Shown here one piece after another: positions 55,636-64,000 of a stretch of 64,000 nucleotides of DNA. The stretch is taken from NCBI GenBank assembly GCA_045645205.1, contig JAZRIJ010000043.1:11341-75340 (forward strand). The letters run 5' to 3'. The stretch comes from Eubacteriales bacterium (GTDB lineage: Bacteria; Bacillota; Clostridia; Oscillospirales; CAG-272). The position numbers and the translations under genes are program-made. The notes below the pieces were generated by a model. The model was not told the origin of the DNA. It did no database searches and saw only the letters and a list, made by a program, of their open reading frames with translations. Each line of letters starts with the position of its first letter. Position 1 is the first letter of the stretch.

Positions 55636-57885
55636 TTAATCCGTGCCGTCAGTATGTCTGTACTGAATGGTAATAACAGTTCCCTTTGGTACTAACTCAC
55701 CCGCGGCAGGAGATTGACTAACAACCTTAGCGCCCACACCCTCATCATAGTTCATAGCACCTTCAATTTGTATGTTAAATCCTATGTTTGTAAGTGTTTT
55801 ATTTGCAACAGATGCTGTCTTTCCTATAACATCGGGAACAGTAATATGCTCACCTGACTCGGGAGTTGCATCACCCAAGTAAAAAATAATTCTCCCATCG
55901 CTCACAAGCACCGAACTGTATCGCTCCGGAACCTGTGCAACAACCGTGTTGCCTTCTCCTACAAAATCATAGTCAAGTCCTAAGTTTCTACAGTTCATTA
56001 TAGCGCTTTCAACGGTATACCCCGTAAAATCCCAAACCTTTACATGAGCGCGAGATTGTTCCTCTTCGTTGTATGAGCTTTCTACTCCCAAATATGGAAG
56101 AGCTTCTTCAAGAAGATTCGAAATATAGGGAGCAGCAACCATACTTCCGTATATAACTCCGCCGAGAGGTTCGTCAACAAGGATAAGAACAGCTATCTGC
56201 GGATCATCGGCAGGCGCATAAGCAACGCACGAGCCTACATATAAATATGATTCGCCAGCTTCATTCAAAATATCTCTTTTCTGTGATGTTCCCGTCTTAG
56301 CGGCAACCTTGTACCCTAAAACATAGGCATTTTTTGCTCCTCCGTTACCCGATACACCTTCTTCAAGTATGGTAGAAAGATTTTTTGATGTGCTTTCACT
56401 TATTATCTGCCGTTTTACATTTGTCTCAAATGATTCTACAATATTTCCTTCTGAATCAACTATTTTATCAAGAACATGGGGAGTAACAAGCTTACCGCCG
56501 TTTGCAACAGCTGATATTGCAGTTATCTGCTGTATAGGCGAGGTCTTAAAGGTCTGACCAAAAGAATATACAGAAAGTTCAACAAGATTTAAACCGTTTC
56601 TGCCGACATAAAGACCGCTTGCCTCTCCGCGAAGGTCAATCCCTGTCTTGCTTGTATAACCGTATGCGGTAAAATAATCATAAAACAACTCCGAGCCGAT
56701 CCTCTGACCTACATTAACAAGAGTAGGGTTGCACGATTGCTGGAGCATTTCGGCAAATACATGTGTTCCGTGTCCCGTTCGCTTATGACAGTGAATTGGT
56801 TGGGAATAACCCGGTACTCTTATTGAACCGCCGCAAGAGAAAGTCTCCCCCGGATCAATAAGATTTTCTTCAAGCGCCATTGACGCTGTAATAACTTTGA
56901 ATGTAGAACCTGGTTCATAAAGCCATGAGACCGATTTATTGTTCCAGGATGAGAACAACAGTTCGTTAAATTTCTCCGAATATTCATCGCTGTCGGGAGA
57001 AAGTCCTAAACCATCAAGCTTACCCTGTAAAACATCGCCAAGCTTACCCGGAGAATTGAGGTCATAGGTAGGATACTGCGCCATAGCCAGTATACCTCCG
57101 GTATTAACATCCATTACAATTCCCGTAGTACCTCCGCCTGATTGAGAATCCTCGTATGTAAGCTTAAGCTGTTTTTCAAGCAACTGCTGTATTCTCATAT
57201 CTATAGTGGTAACTACATCATATCCGTTTTCGGCATTTATATAGCTTTCATATTTGAATGGCATATCCATACCGAGTCCGTTCTTGGCTGTTATATATCT
57301 GCCGGGAGTTCCCGTAAGATATTTGTCATACTGCAATTCAACTCCGTAGCTACCTCCGTCAGTACCCATAAAACCGATAACATTTGCCGCTAAAGAGTCA
57401 TAGGGATAATATCTTTTTGTCGTAGCCTCAAGATGTATCTGACCGGAGAGATCGTTTTCTTCAATAAATGCCAAAACCTTGTCAGCATCCGCCTTTTCTA
57501 CGTTTTTCTTTATCGTTTCGTCAGCTCTGTTTTCTCGTAAAGCTCGATTGTAAATCGTTTCATAGTCAACACCCAAAATCTCAGAAAGATTACGGCAGAT
57601 AAATACCGCCTGATCCTTGCTCTCTATATCTACCGGAGAAATAAACACACGCCACACGGATATATTGGTTGCAAGAACAACACTGTTTTTGTCAAGTATT
57701 TCTCCGCGTTCGGCTGATACAGTGCTGGAACGCTGAACCTGATCGGAGACACTTTGCTGATATTCCTTGTGGTGAATCACCTGCAACATAAACAGCCTGC
57801 CTACCACAACCGACCAAAGAATAATAAAAAACAGTAAAAGCACAGTACTGCGTCTTTTTATATATTTAGTTATATTAGTATACAT
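55636..57885 (-). CDS. division/sporulation class B penicillin-binding protein (FtsI/SpoVD-like) with two PASTA domains
   Basis: RGEILDKN, STFK, SCN and KTGTSQ, with two C-terminal PASTA repeats. The ATG at 57885 follows a GGAGA RBS. Confidence 0.9.
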   Translation of the reverse strand: MYTNITKYIKRRSTVLLLFFIILWSVVVGRLFMLQVIHHKEYQQSVSDQVQRSSTVSAERGEILDKNSVVLATNISVWRVFISPVDIESKDQAVFICRNLSEILGVDYETIYNRALRENRADETIKKNVEKADADKVLAFIEENDLSGQIHLEATTKRYYPYDSLAANVIGFMGTDGGSYGVELQYDKYLTGTPGRYITAKNGLGMDMPFKYESYINAENGYDVVTTIDMRIQQLLEKQLKLTYEDSQSGGGTTGIVMDVNTGGILAMAQYPTYDLNSPGKLGDVLQGKLDGLGLSPDSDEYSEKFNELLFSSWNNKSVSWLYEPGSTFKVITASMALEENLIDPGETFSCGGSIRVPGYSQPIHCHKRTGHGTHVFAEMLQQSCNPTLVNVGQRIGSELFYDYFTAYGYTSKTGIDLRGEASGLYVGRNGLNLVELSVYSFGQTFKTSPIQQITAISAVANGGKLVTPHVLDKIVDSEGNIVESFETNVKRQIISESTSKNLSTILEEGVSGNGGAKNAYVLGYKVAAKTGTSQKRDILNEAGESYLYVGSCVAYAPADDPQIAVLILVDEPLGGVIYGSMVAAPYISNLLEEALPYLGVESSYNEEEQSRAHVKVWDFTGYTVESAIMNCRNLGLDYDFVGEGNTVVAQVPERYSSVLVSDGRIIFYLGDATPESGEHITVPDVIGKTASVANKTLTNIGFNIQIEGAMNYDEGVGAKVVSQSPAAGELVPKGTVITIQYRHTDGTD

Positions 57886-58022
57886 TTTTCTCCAACTCAC
57901 CTCAGTGGGTACAATTTCTTTTGCTTCTACTTAACCAAAAGAGAGTAAAGAGTATATTCACAATACACCACTCTACCCTCATTTACGCTAAAAACGCTTT
58001 ACATTATAAATTTTATTCAGCT

Positions 58023-58616
58023 TCAGTTTATATATTCCATCAATTCTCTAAAATTTTCTCCAATGGAACTCATAACCGTGTTCATTAAACTGTCTTCTGT
58101 GGTTTCCGGCTCAACAACCTCGATTTTGTCCTCGTTGCCGATGACAACATATTGTTTCTTAACGTCATCGGCTTTTACCATTCCAAGTTCATTCACAGCA
58201 GCATTCTCAATGACTCTCAGGTCATTTTTCAATTCGACATCCAATCTTAACTCTTCTTCTTGCTTTTTGAGTCCGGACAATTCACTCTGAAGCGCCGAGA
58301 TATCCTGGGTAAACTCATTGATCTGAGCCATGGTAAGCATCATGAACATGAACAGGACAGTGCAGATTACTGACACAAACACTACAGAGGTTGGAAAAGG
58401 AACTGTTTTCTTTGCTTTAATTGTCCGAACCTTTGGCAACTCTTTTACAGCAGCAACGACTTTTACATTATCTGATTCAAGCGCGTGGGATTTAACCGCC
58501 GCGCGTGTTTTACCATTTACTTTTGCGGATTTTTTACTCTTTTCGGCAGTATTCACATCTCTGCGGATATTTTTCGCCTTTTTTTTCTTTTCTTCATACG
58601 ACTTCTCGTACGTCAT
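58023..58616 (-). CDS. ftsL: FtsL-like cell division protein with long Lys-rich cytoplasmic tail
   Basis: Single TM segment followed by a coiled coil (LQSELSGLKKQEEELRLDVE). It occupies the canonical slot between rsmH and the PBP gene. Confidence 0.7.
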   Translation of the reverse strand: MTYEKSYEEKKKKAKNIRRDVNTAEKSKKSAKVNGKTRAAVKSHALESDNVKVVAAVKELPKVRTIKAKKTVPFPTSVVFVSVICTVLFMFMMLTMAQINEFTQDISALQSELSGLKKQEEELRLDVELKNDLRVIENAAVNELGMVKADDVKKQYVVIGNEDKIEVVEPETTEDSLMNTVMSSIGENFRELMEYIN

Positions 58617-58692
58617 TTTCCGCTTCCCCCAAATCTATTCCTATTGTTATTCCCCAAAATGTTCAGCTTCCCAAGGCTGAAACATTTTATTT

Positions 58693-59634
58693 TTAAATTT
58701 TTTCCGCTACCCGAAGCTTTGCACTTCTTGACCTCGGATTTTCTTCAAGCTCTCTTTCTGAAGGAAGTATAGGCTTCCTCGAAATAAGCTTCAGCACAGG
58801 CCTCTTGCCGCACATACACACCGGAAAGTCCGGAGGACATGTACACCCCTTTACAAGAGCCGTCACTGTTTTTTTAACTATTCTGTCTTCAAGCGAATGG
58901 AATGAAATAACTGCCAATCTTCCGCCGACTTTTAGCCTTTCGGCTGCAGAAATTATTGCAGGTTCAATAGCATCAAGCTCACCGTTTACCTCAATCCTTA
59001 TTGCCTGAAATGTCCTCTTCGCAGGATGAGGACCATCCATCCTCGCCTTTTGAGGTATAGCGGATTTTATTATATTGGACAATTCCGCCGTCGTCTCAAT
59101 CGGTTTGTTTCGCCTTGCTTCTTCAATAAAAGCGGCTATACGGGGAGCATATCTTTCCTCGCCGTAATCGTATATTATCTGCTTTAATCTGTCCTTTGAG
59201 TAGGTATTGACTACATCATAAGCAGTCAAAGTATCGGTTTTATTCATTCTCATATCGAGGTATCCGTCATTGTTATAAGAAAAACCTCTTTCGGCGGTAT
59301 CAAGCTGATATGACGATACACCGAGGTCGGCAATAACGCCATCAATAGCATTAATTCCAAGTCTGTCAAGCACACTGCCGATATTCCTAAAATTATCTTT
59401 GACAAAAATAACTCTGTCAGAAAACTGCGAAAGCCTCATTCTTGCGGCTTCAAGAGCATCATCATCCCTGTCAATACATATATGCTTTCCGCCTGTAGTA
59501 AGCTTTTTTGCTATTTCGTATGAATGACCGCCGCCACCTGTAGTTAGATCGACATATATTCCGTTTGGTTTTATATCAAGCCCGTCTATACACTCGTTAA
59601 GCAAAACGGAATAGTGAGAAAACACAATACTCAT
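58693..59634 (-). CDS. rsmH: 16S rRNA (cytosine1402-N4)-methyltransferase
   Basis: [28 protein letters not shown] and [11 protein letters not shown]. Confidence 0.96.
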   Translation of the reverse strand: MSIVFSHYSVLLNECIDGLDIKPNGIYVDLTTGGGGHSYEIAKKLTTGGKHICIDRDDDALEAARMRLSQFSDRVIFVKDNFRNIGSVLDRLGINAIDGVIADLGVSSYQLDTAERGFSYNNDGYLDMRMNKTDTLTAYDVVNTYSKDRLKQIIYDYGEERYAPRIAAFIEEARRNKPIETTAELSNIIKSAIPQKARMDGPHPAKRTFQAIRIEVNGELDAIEPAIISAAERLKVGGRLAVISFHSLEDRIVKKTVTALVKGCTCPPDFPVCMCGKRPVLKLISRKPILPSERELEENPRSRSAKLRVAEKI

Positions 59635-60065
59635 CAGAATCCAAGAGACATAAGTGTTTCTGCAAGCTCTTCAGAGTTCATGTCATTCTCTTCGATCCAC
59701 TTATCTTCATCCCAAATTTCAACATGGTTGCCCACACCGATTACATATACGTTCTTATCAAGACCGGCATACACCTTGTGCCCCTGTGAAATAAGTACTC
59801 TGCCCTGACTGTCTATCTTCGTTTTAACAGCCGAAGCCATCAGCGTTCTCTTTACACGCCTTGCCTTCATTTCTGGAAGTGAGTTGAGTTTTTCTGTAAA
59901 TGCATCCCAAGCATCTTTGGGATAAACGGCTATGCAGGTATCAACGCCTTTGACAACAAAAACCTCGTCGCCTAATTCTTCTCTCATATTAGCTGGAAGA
60001 AACATTCTGTTCTTCGGGTCAATGGAATGTTTGTATTCGCCCGTGAACATGCATTCGCCTATCAT
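59634..60065 (-). CDS. mraZ: division/cell wall cluster transcriptional repressor MraZ
   Basis: [19 protein letters not shown] plus a second DSQGRVLI repeat (SpoVT/AbrB-like pair). The family N-terminus suggests the true start may be ATG 60050. Confidence 0.93.
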   Translation of the reverse strand: MIGECMFTGEYKHSIDPKNRMFLPANMREELGDEVFVVKGVDTCIAVYPKDAWDAFTEKLNSLPEMKARRVKRTLMASAVKTKIDSQGRVLISQGHKVYAGLDKNVYVIGVGNHVEIWDEDKWIEENDMNSEELAETLMSLGF

Positions 60066-60200
60066 TTACCTCACCCCCTAAACCAAAAACTTTTCATTTT
60101 AATATATACATATAAGGCAATAAACATTAAAAAGGGTATAAAAATCTTATGCCCAAAAAGTGATTTTCAACCGATTTACGCCAATCAGCTCTCATTCCGG

Positions 60201-60280
60201 TTTACTTCCACACCACTTTACTGACATTTTACTTCACTTTACACCACCAATATTGTACATCATCTGCTCAATTTTTTCAA
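60201..60280 (-). promoter_or_regulatory. Pmra candidate (TTGAAA-17-TACAAT) followed by an array of about 10-11-nt direct repeats (candidate MraZ boxes)
   Basis: After the -10 (60257..60252), the minus strand reads GGTGGTGT-AAAGTGA-AGTAAAATGT-CAGTAAAGTGG-TGTGGAAGTAAA. The repeats GTGnnGTAAA / AAAGTG(A/G) recur at helical spacing. Confidence 0.6.
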
Positions 60281-60426
60281 TAGTTTTTTTATATTTTTTA
60301 GAACTTTATCATTTTAACAACTATCGACCCCCGCATTTTGTATATCTTGCACAAACGTTTCTTCATTTTGCCAAAAACAAAACCTAAAAAACGTATTATT
60401 TTTTCGGTTTTACCCAATTTTTTACA

Positions 60427-60468
60427 TAAAAAAAGACATTCCATGCTCCATATTGGAACAAAGAATGT
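60427..60468 (-). terminator. intrinsic terminator after coaD
   Basis: Outer stem ACATTC / GAATGT with inner pairing, followed on the minus strand by CTTTTTTT. Confidence 0.65.
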
Positions 60469-60499
60469 TAGTTTTTTATTAACTTTCAGGGAGACAGCT

Positions 60500-60976
60500 T
60501 TACATCTTTTCTTTTATAAAAGCCTCCACACCTTTAGGTACGTATGGCGTTACATCTCTGCCATATTTGATCATATCACGGACAAAGGTTGAGCTTATAT
60601 GCTTAAATTCAGGAAATGACGGAACAAATAATGTATCATATCCGCCAATGCTTCTGTTTATGGCAAAAAGGTCATATTCGTATTCAAAATCTATAGTATC
60701 ACGCACACCTTTTACTATAAAATCAATGTTGCTCTCCTTTGCATAGTCAACAACAAGGGTATCGGTTATATCCGTATAAACGTTGTCTAAATCATTTACT
60801 GCAATTTTAAGCATTTCAAGGCAGTCTTCCCCCGTAAAAATACCCTTTCCCTTTTTTTCGGTATTCTGAAATACAACAACATACACTTCATCAAAAATTT
60901 CTGAACAACGCTTTATAATATCATAATGCCCTATGGTTATAGGGTCAAAGCTTCCCGGTATCAGTACTCTTTTCAT
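60500..60976 (-). CDS. coaD: pantetheine-phosphate adenylyltransferase
   Basis: IPGSFDPITIGHYDII (the nucleotidyltransferase HxGH motif) and ISSTFVR. An ATGA overlap links it to rsmD. Confidence 0.95.
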   Translation of the reverse strand: MKRVLIPGSFDPITIGHYDIIKRCSEIFDEVYVVVFQNTEKKGKGIFTGEDCLEMLKIAVNDLDNVYTDITDTLVVDYAKESNIDFIVKGVRDTIDFEYEYDLFAINRSIGGYDTLFVPSFPEFKHISSTFVRDMIKYGRDVTPYVPKGVEAFIKEKM

Positions 60977-61527
60977 AAACTTTCCCCTCTCTTGCAAAGT
61001 ACGGTTATAAACACTCTTCCGTATTTATTATGCTTTACAGTATCTAATCCCTCGCAGGTATATTCTATATCGTCCTCGCTTTCGCAAATAATCTTTGCAT
61101 TTGTATTCAGCATATCAAATTTAACAAGGCTGTCAAGTATCTCGGGTATTATTTTCATAGAATACGGCGGGTCAAGAAATATTACATCAAATTTCTCTCG
61201 TGTTTTTGAGCCGCGGAGAAAATCCTTATAGTCAACATTGATTATTTTACACTTGTCAATAAGCTTTGTCTTTTTTGCATTTCTCTTGACTATCTCCATT
61301 GCCTCAAGATTTTTTTCAACAAAAGTACAGCAAAGAGCGCCTCGGCTCAACGCCTCAAGTCCCATCTGTCCGCTTCCCGCAAACAAATCCAGAATACGCC
61401 TGTTTTCCACTTCAAACTGAAGCATACTGAAAACAGATTCTTTTACCCGCTCTGCTGTAGGTCGGGTATCAAGTCCGTCAAGGGTCTCAAGCCTTGTTCC
61501 CTTGGCAAGTCCCGTAATAATTCTCAT
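60973..61527 (-). CDS. rsmD: 16S rRNA (guanine966-N2)-methyltransferase
   Basis: MRIITG..KG..L....G..TRPT..RVKE..F, DLFAGSGQMGLEALSRG, and FLDPPY. Confidence 0.93.
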   Translation of the reverse strand: MRIITGLAKGTRLETLDGLDTRPTAERVKESVFSMLQFEVENRRILDLFAGSGQMGLEALSRGALCCTFVEKNLEAMEIVKRNAKKTKLIDKCKIINVDYKDFLRGSKTREKFDVIFLDPPYSMKIIPEILDSLVKFDMLNTNAKIICESEDDIEYTCEGLDTVKHNKYGRVFITVLCKRGESL

Positions 61528-61536
61528 ATTATTTTT

Positions 61537-63378
61537 TCACTCTCCCTTTTCATCCGAAAAGTACTTAAACACACTTTCGGCATTTTTTACAGAAATACCT
61601 TTAACAGCCTTTATCTCATCTAAAGAAGCTTTTTTTAAGTTGGAAAGGCTCTTAAAATGAGCCAACAACTTTTTAGCCTTTTCGCTTCCTATTCCGTCTA
61701 TTTCTTCAAGCACCGATTTTCTCATTAATTTTTCTTTCGATGCCCTCATTTTTGATATTGTAAAACGGTGTACCTCTTCCTGAATCTTGTAGACAAGCAT
61801 ATACACCTGCTTTTCTTTTGCAATACTTATCTCTTCTGCCTCGGTGCAAAGAGTTCTCGTTTTATGGTAATCGTCCTTTGCCATACCGAATACCGGAATA
61901 TCGATATGCATTTTCCGCAAGACCCCTTTTATAACCGAAACGTGTCCCTTGCCGCCGTCAAGCAATATAAGGTCCGGCAGCCTTGAAAAGCCCTCATCGC
62001 CCAGCTTTGCGCGCTCAAACCTTCTTGTTACCGCCTCCGCCATAGACGCATAATCGTCCTGCTTATCGGTAATATTCTTTATTTTAAACAATCGGTATTC
62101 GCTTTTTTTCAGCCTACCGTTTTCGGCAACCACCATCCCCGCCGTTATATTCTCTTTGCAGTAATTTGAAATATCAAAGCTTTCAATCCTCTCCGGAACT
62201 ACCTCAAGCCGCAACATCTGCGCCAGCTTAATAAGAACAGTTTCATCAGCCCCTCTTCCTTCCTTATACTGATAGGCATGACGTGCCGCATTTTCGTATA
62301 CCATGTCGCAAAGCTTTTTATTTTCGCCCCGTTCAGGCGTTCTGACAACCACCTTATGCTCAGCTATTATCCGCAACGCTTCCTCTAAAGCCTCTTTTTC
62401 TTCATCTAAATCAAAGCTAAGCAAAATCTCTTTTGGGACGTCTCCCCTCTTCGAATAAAAATCATACAAAAAGGTTTGAAGATCGGTCTTGTTTAATAGC
62501 TCATCAGGAGTAAAAAAATAGTTTTCACTGTTAATTATTCTTCCCTCTCTCACAAAAAATACTGCTATACATGAAACCGCATCATCAGTATATAGCGCAA
62601 ATATATCGTGCTCTGAATCGGGAGACCCCACGATTTTATGCCTATGCCAAACCTTTGCCAAAGCCTCTATCCTGTCTCTGTAAACAGCCGCCGCCTCAAA
62701 CATAAGCTCGTCGGAAAAATACTCCATTTTTTCAGTAAGCTTTTTCCTTACCTCCGAAAAACTGCCGCGCAAAAACATTATTATCTGTCTGTAAATATCT
62801 TTATAGTCTTCGCTTGTAACATTGCCCGCACAAGGCCCCACGCAATCGCCTATATGACAGTAAAGGCATGGTCTTTCTTTACCTATATCCTTCGGAAAAT
62901 GTCTGTTGCACGAATGAACCTTAAAACACTTTTGAACTGTTTTCAACACACCATAAGCTGCCGATATGGTTGAATAAGGTCCAAAATATTTTGCTCCGTC
63001 GCTCTTTCTAGCATATACTACCTCAGCCTTCGGATACTCATCATTCAATTGTATTCTTATATACGGAGCATTTTTGCCGTCTTTAAGTTTTATGTTATAT
63101 TTAGGCGAATACTGTTTAATAAGCTGACTTTCAAGGGCAAGTGCCTCATTTTCGGTATCAGTCAAAATATAATCGAAGTCATACACCTTCGACACCATAA
63201 TTACAGTCTTGGTATCATGCTTACTGTTTTTTCTGAAATATTGTGATACCCTGTTTTTTAGAGATCTCGACTTTCCTACATATATAACCTTACGTTTTTC
63301 ATCACGCATTATATAAACGCCGGGAGATAACGGCAAATTTAACGCTTTTTCAAGCAAATATTGTATATTCTGTGCCAT
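61537..63378 (-). CDS. uvrC: excinuclease ABC subunit C
   Basis: GIY-YIG domain (PGVYIMRD...VIYVGKS), a UVR motif, an endonuclease domain and a C-terminal (HhH)2 (IDGIGSEKAKKLL). Confidence 0.96.
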   Translation of the reverse strand: MAQNIQYLLEKALNLPLSPGVYIMRDEKRKVIYVGKSRSLKNRVSQYFRKNSKHDTKTVIMVSKVYDFDYILTDTENEALALESQLIKQYSPKYNIKLKDGKNAPYIRIQLNDEYPKAEVVYARKSDGAKYFGPYSTISAAYGVLKTVQKCFKVHSCNRHFPKDIGKERPCLYCHIGDCVGPCAGNVTSEDYKDIYRQIIMFLRGSFSEVRKKLTEKMEYFSDELMFEAAAVYRDRIEALAKVWHRHKIVGSPDSEHDIFALYTDDAVSCIAVFFVREGRIINSENYFFTPDELLNKTDLQTFLYDFYSKRGDVPKEILLSFDLDEEKEALEEALRIIAEHKVVVRTPERGENKKLCDMVYENAARHAYQYKEGRGADETVLIKLAQMLRLEVVPERIESFDISNYCKENITAGMVVAENGRLKKSEYRLFKIKNITDKQDDYASMAEAVTRRFERAKLGDEGFSRLPDLILLDGGKGHVSVIKGVLRKMHIDIPVFGMAKDDYHKTRTLCTEAEEISIAKEKQVYMLVYKIQEEVHRFTISKMRASKEKLMRKSVLEEIDGIGSEKAKKLLAHFKSLSNLKKASLDEIKAVKGISVKNAESVFKYFSDEKGE

Positions 63379-63437
63379 TTTAAAAAAACCTCTTAAATAT
63401 TATCGCTTACTAAAAAACAACGCTGCCGTTACGGTAC

Positions 63438-63474
63438 AAAAAAGACGGACAAAGCCACAAATGTCAATGTCCGT
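63438..63474 (-). terminator. intrinsic terminator after the HPr gene
   Basis: Stem ACGGACA / TGTCCGT, followed on the minus strand by CTTTTTTG. Confidence 0.7.
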
Positions 63475-63504
63475 TTTTCATCAAATAAAAATATTAAGGG
63501 CTAA

Positions 63505-63768
63505 TCATTCTCCGAAACCGGTGTTAACAAGCTCAATCAAGCCGTCAACAGCTTCGTTTTCATCGGGACCGTCTGCCATAACTGTAATTGTCATCCCCTT
63601 AACAATACCGAGTGAAAGCACACCGAGAAGACTTTTTGCATTAACACGGCGTTCTTCCTTTTCAACCCAGATAGAACATTTAAACGAGTTAGCTTTTTGA
63701 ATAAAAAATGTAGCAGGACGTGCGTGCAAACCTATGTTGTTGCTTATCAAAACCTCACGTGAAATCAT
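63505..63768 (-). CDS. ptsH: phosphocarrier protein HPr
   Basis: GLHARPA carries the His15 site and NAKSLLGVLSLG the Ser46 region. 87 aa from MISREV. Confidence 0.93.
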   Translation of the reverse strand: MISREVLISNNIGLHARPATFFIQKANSFKCSIWVEKEERRVNAKSLLGVLSLGIVKGMTITVMADGPDENEAVDGLIELVNTGFGE

Positions 63769-63834
63769 TATCTTATTCGCTCCTATCAATAAAAATAAAC
63801 TGTAAAAACATTATTACCAATTATATCTACGGAT

Positions 63835-63863
63835 ATTATAATACAATTAATAAATAAAATCAA
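63835..63863 (-). promoter_or_regulatory. candidate promoter of the HPr gene (TTGATT-17-TATAAT)
   Basis: On the minus strand TTGATT is at 63863..63858 and TATAAT at 63840..63835. Confidence 0.5.
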
Positions 63864-63892
63864 GTATTTTTGTTATATTTATTCAACAACAC

Positions 63893-64000
63893 CTATTCAG
63901 ACTGTTTTTTAACATCAAAAATTAGTCCTTTTCCCGAAAACTTTGGTGTAAAAATGTCAATATACATTCCTGCCGCAGTATAATCTGTTCCGTTTGCAAG
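63893..64000 (-). CDS. 3' end of an unidentified gene entering from beyond the window
   Basis: The open minus-strand frame from the window edge reads ...LANGTDYTAAGMYIDIFTPKFSGKGLIFDVKKQSE*. It is too short to identify. Confidence 0.3.
   Translation of the reverse strand, partial: LANGTDYTAAGMYIDIFTPKFSGKGLIFDVKKQSE

Noticed and set aside
60066-60499. Small ORFs (60160..60387 and 60338..60592, plus strand) in the long coaD-mraZ spacer
   Set aside because: They are low-complexity Phe/Leu/Ile-rich translations of AT-rich DNA with no RBS. The region is better explained by the coaD terminator, Pmra, the repeat array and the mraZ leader.
1-64000. CRISPR arrays, rRNA genes, transposases, toxin-antitoxin pairs or known defence-system genes
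   Set aside because: I found no regularly spaced direct repeats, no rRNA-like sequence and no ORF with recognisable motifs of these classes while reading the window. This was a visual scan and not an exhaustive computation.

Overview
This is a low-GC Firmicutes (Clostridia-like) chromosomal segment, densely coded and mostly core housekeeping genes. Left to right: proBA; zapA-DUF4321-maf-mreBCD-PBP2 followed by a BspA-type LRR lipoprotein; recA-recX-rimO-pgsA; DUF1385-prmC-PPIase-rsgA; ddl; the ctsR-mcsA-mcsB-clpC stress operon with clear CtsR boxes; a citDEFXG-aconitase-isocitrate dehydrogenase block; a stand-alone tRNA-Leu(UAG); a serine hydrolase; an acyl-CoA ligase with twin palindromic operators; a metF/split-metH operon; a ytvI-like gene; a NusG_II-Gx-ApbE triad; an AT-rich accessory islet at about 42-47 kb; a dcw cluster (mraZ to ftsZ) lacking murD and ftsA; then coaD, rsmD, uvrC and HPr. 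The islet holds an XRE regulator, a sigma-region-4/alpha-CTD fusion protein, a TetR plus ABC-2 exporter, and a SleC-like enzyme split into two ORFs. I saw no CRISPR array, rRNA, transposase or integrase. The most unusual items are the sigma4-alphaCTD fusion with its XRE/palindrome switch, the two-ORF SleC-like enzyme placed just downstream of ftsZ, and citrate lyase genes sitting upstream of aconitase-IDH without citC, a transporter or a decarboxylase. All homology statements come from motif recognition by eye and from memory, not from database searches.
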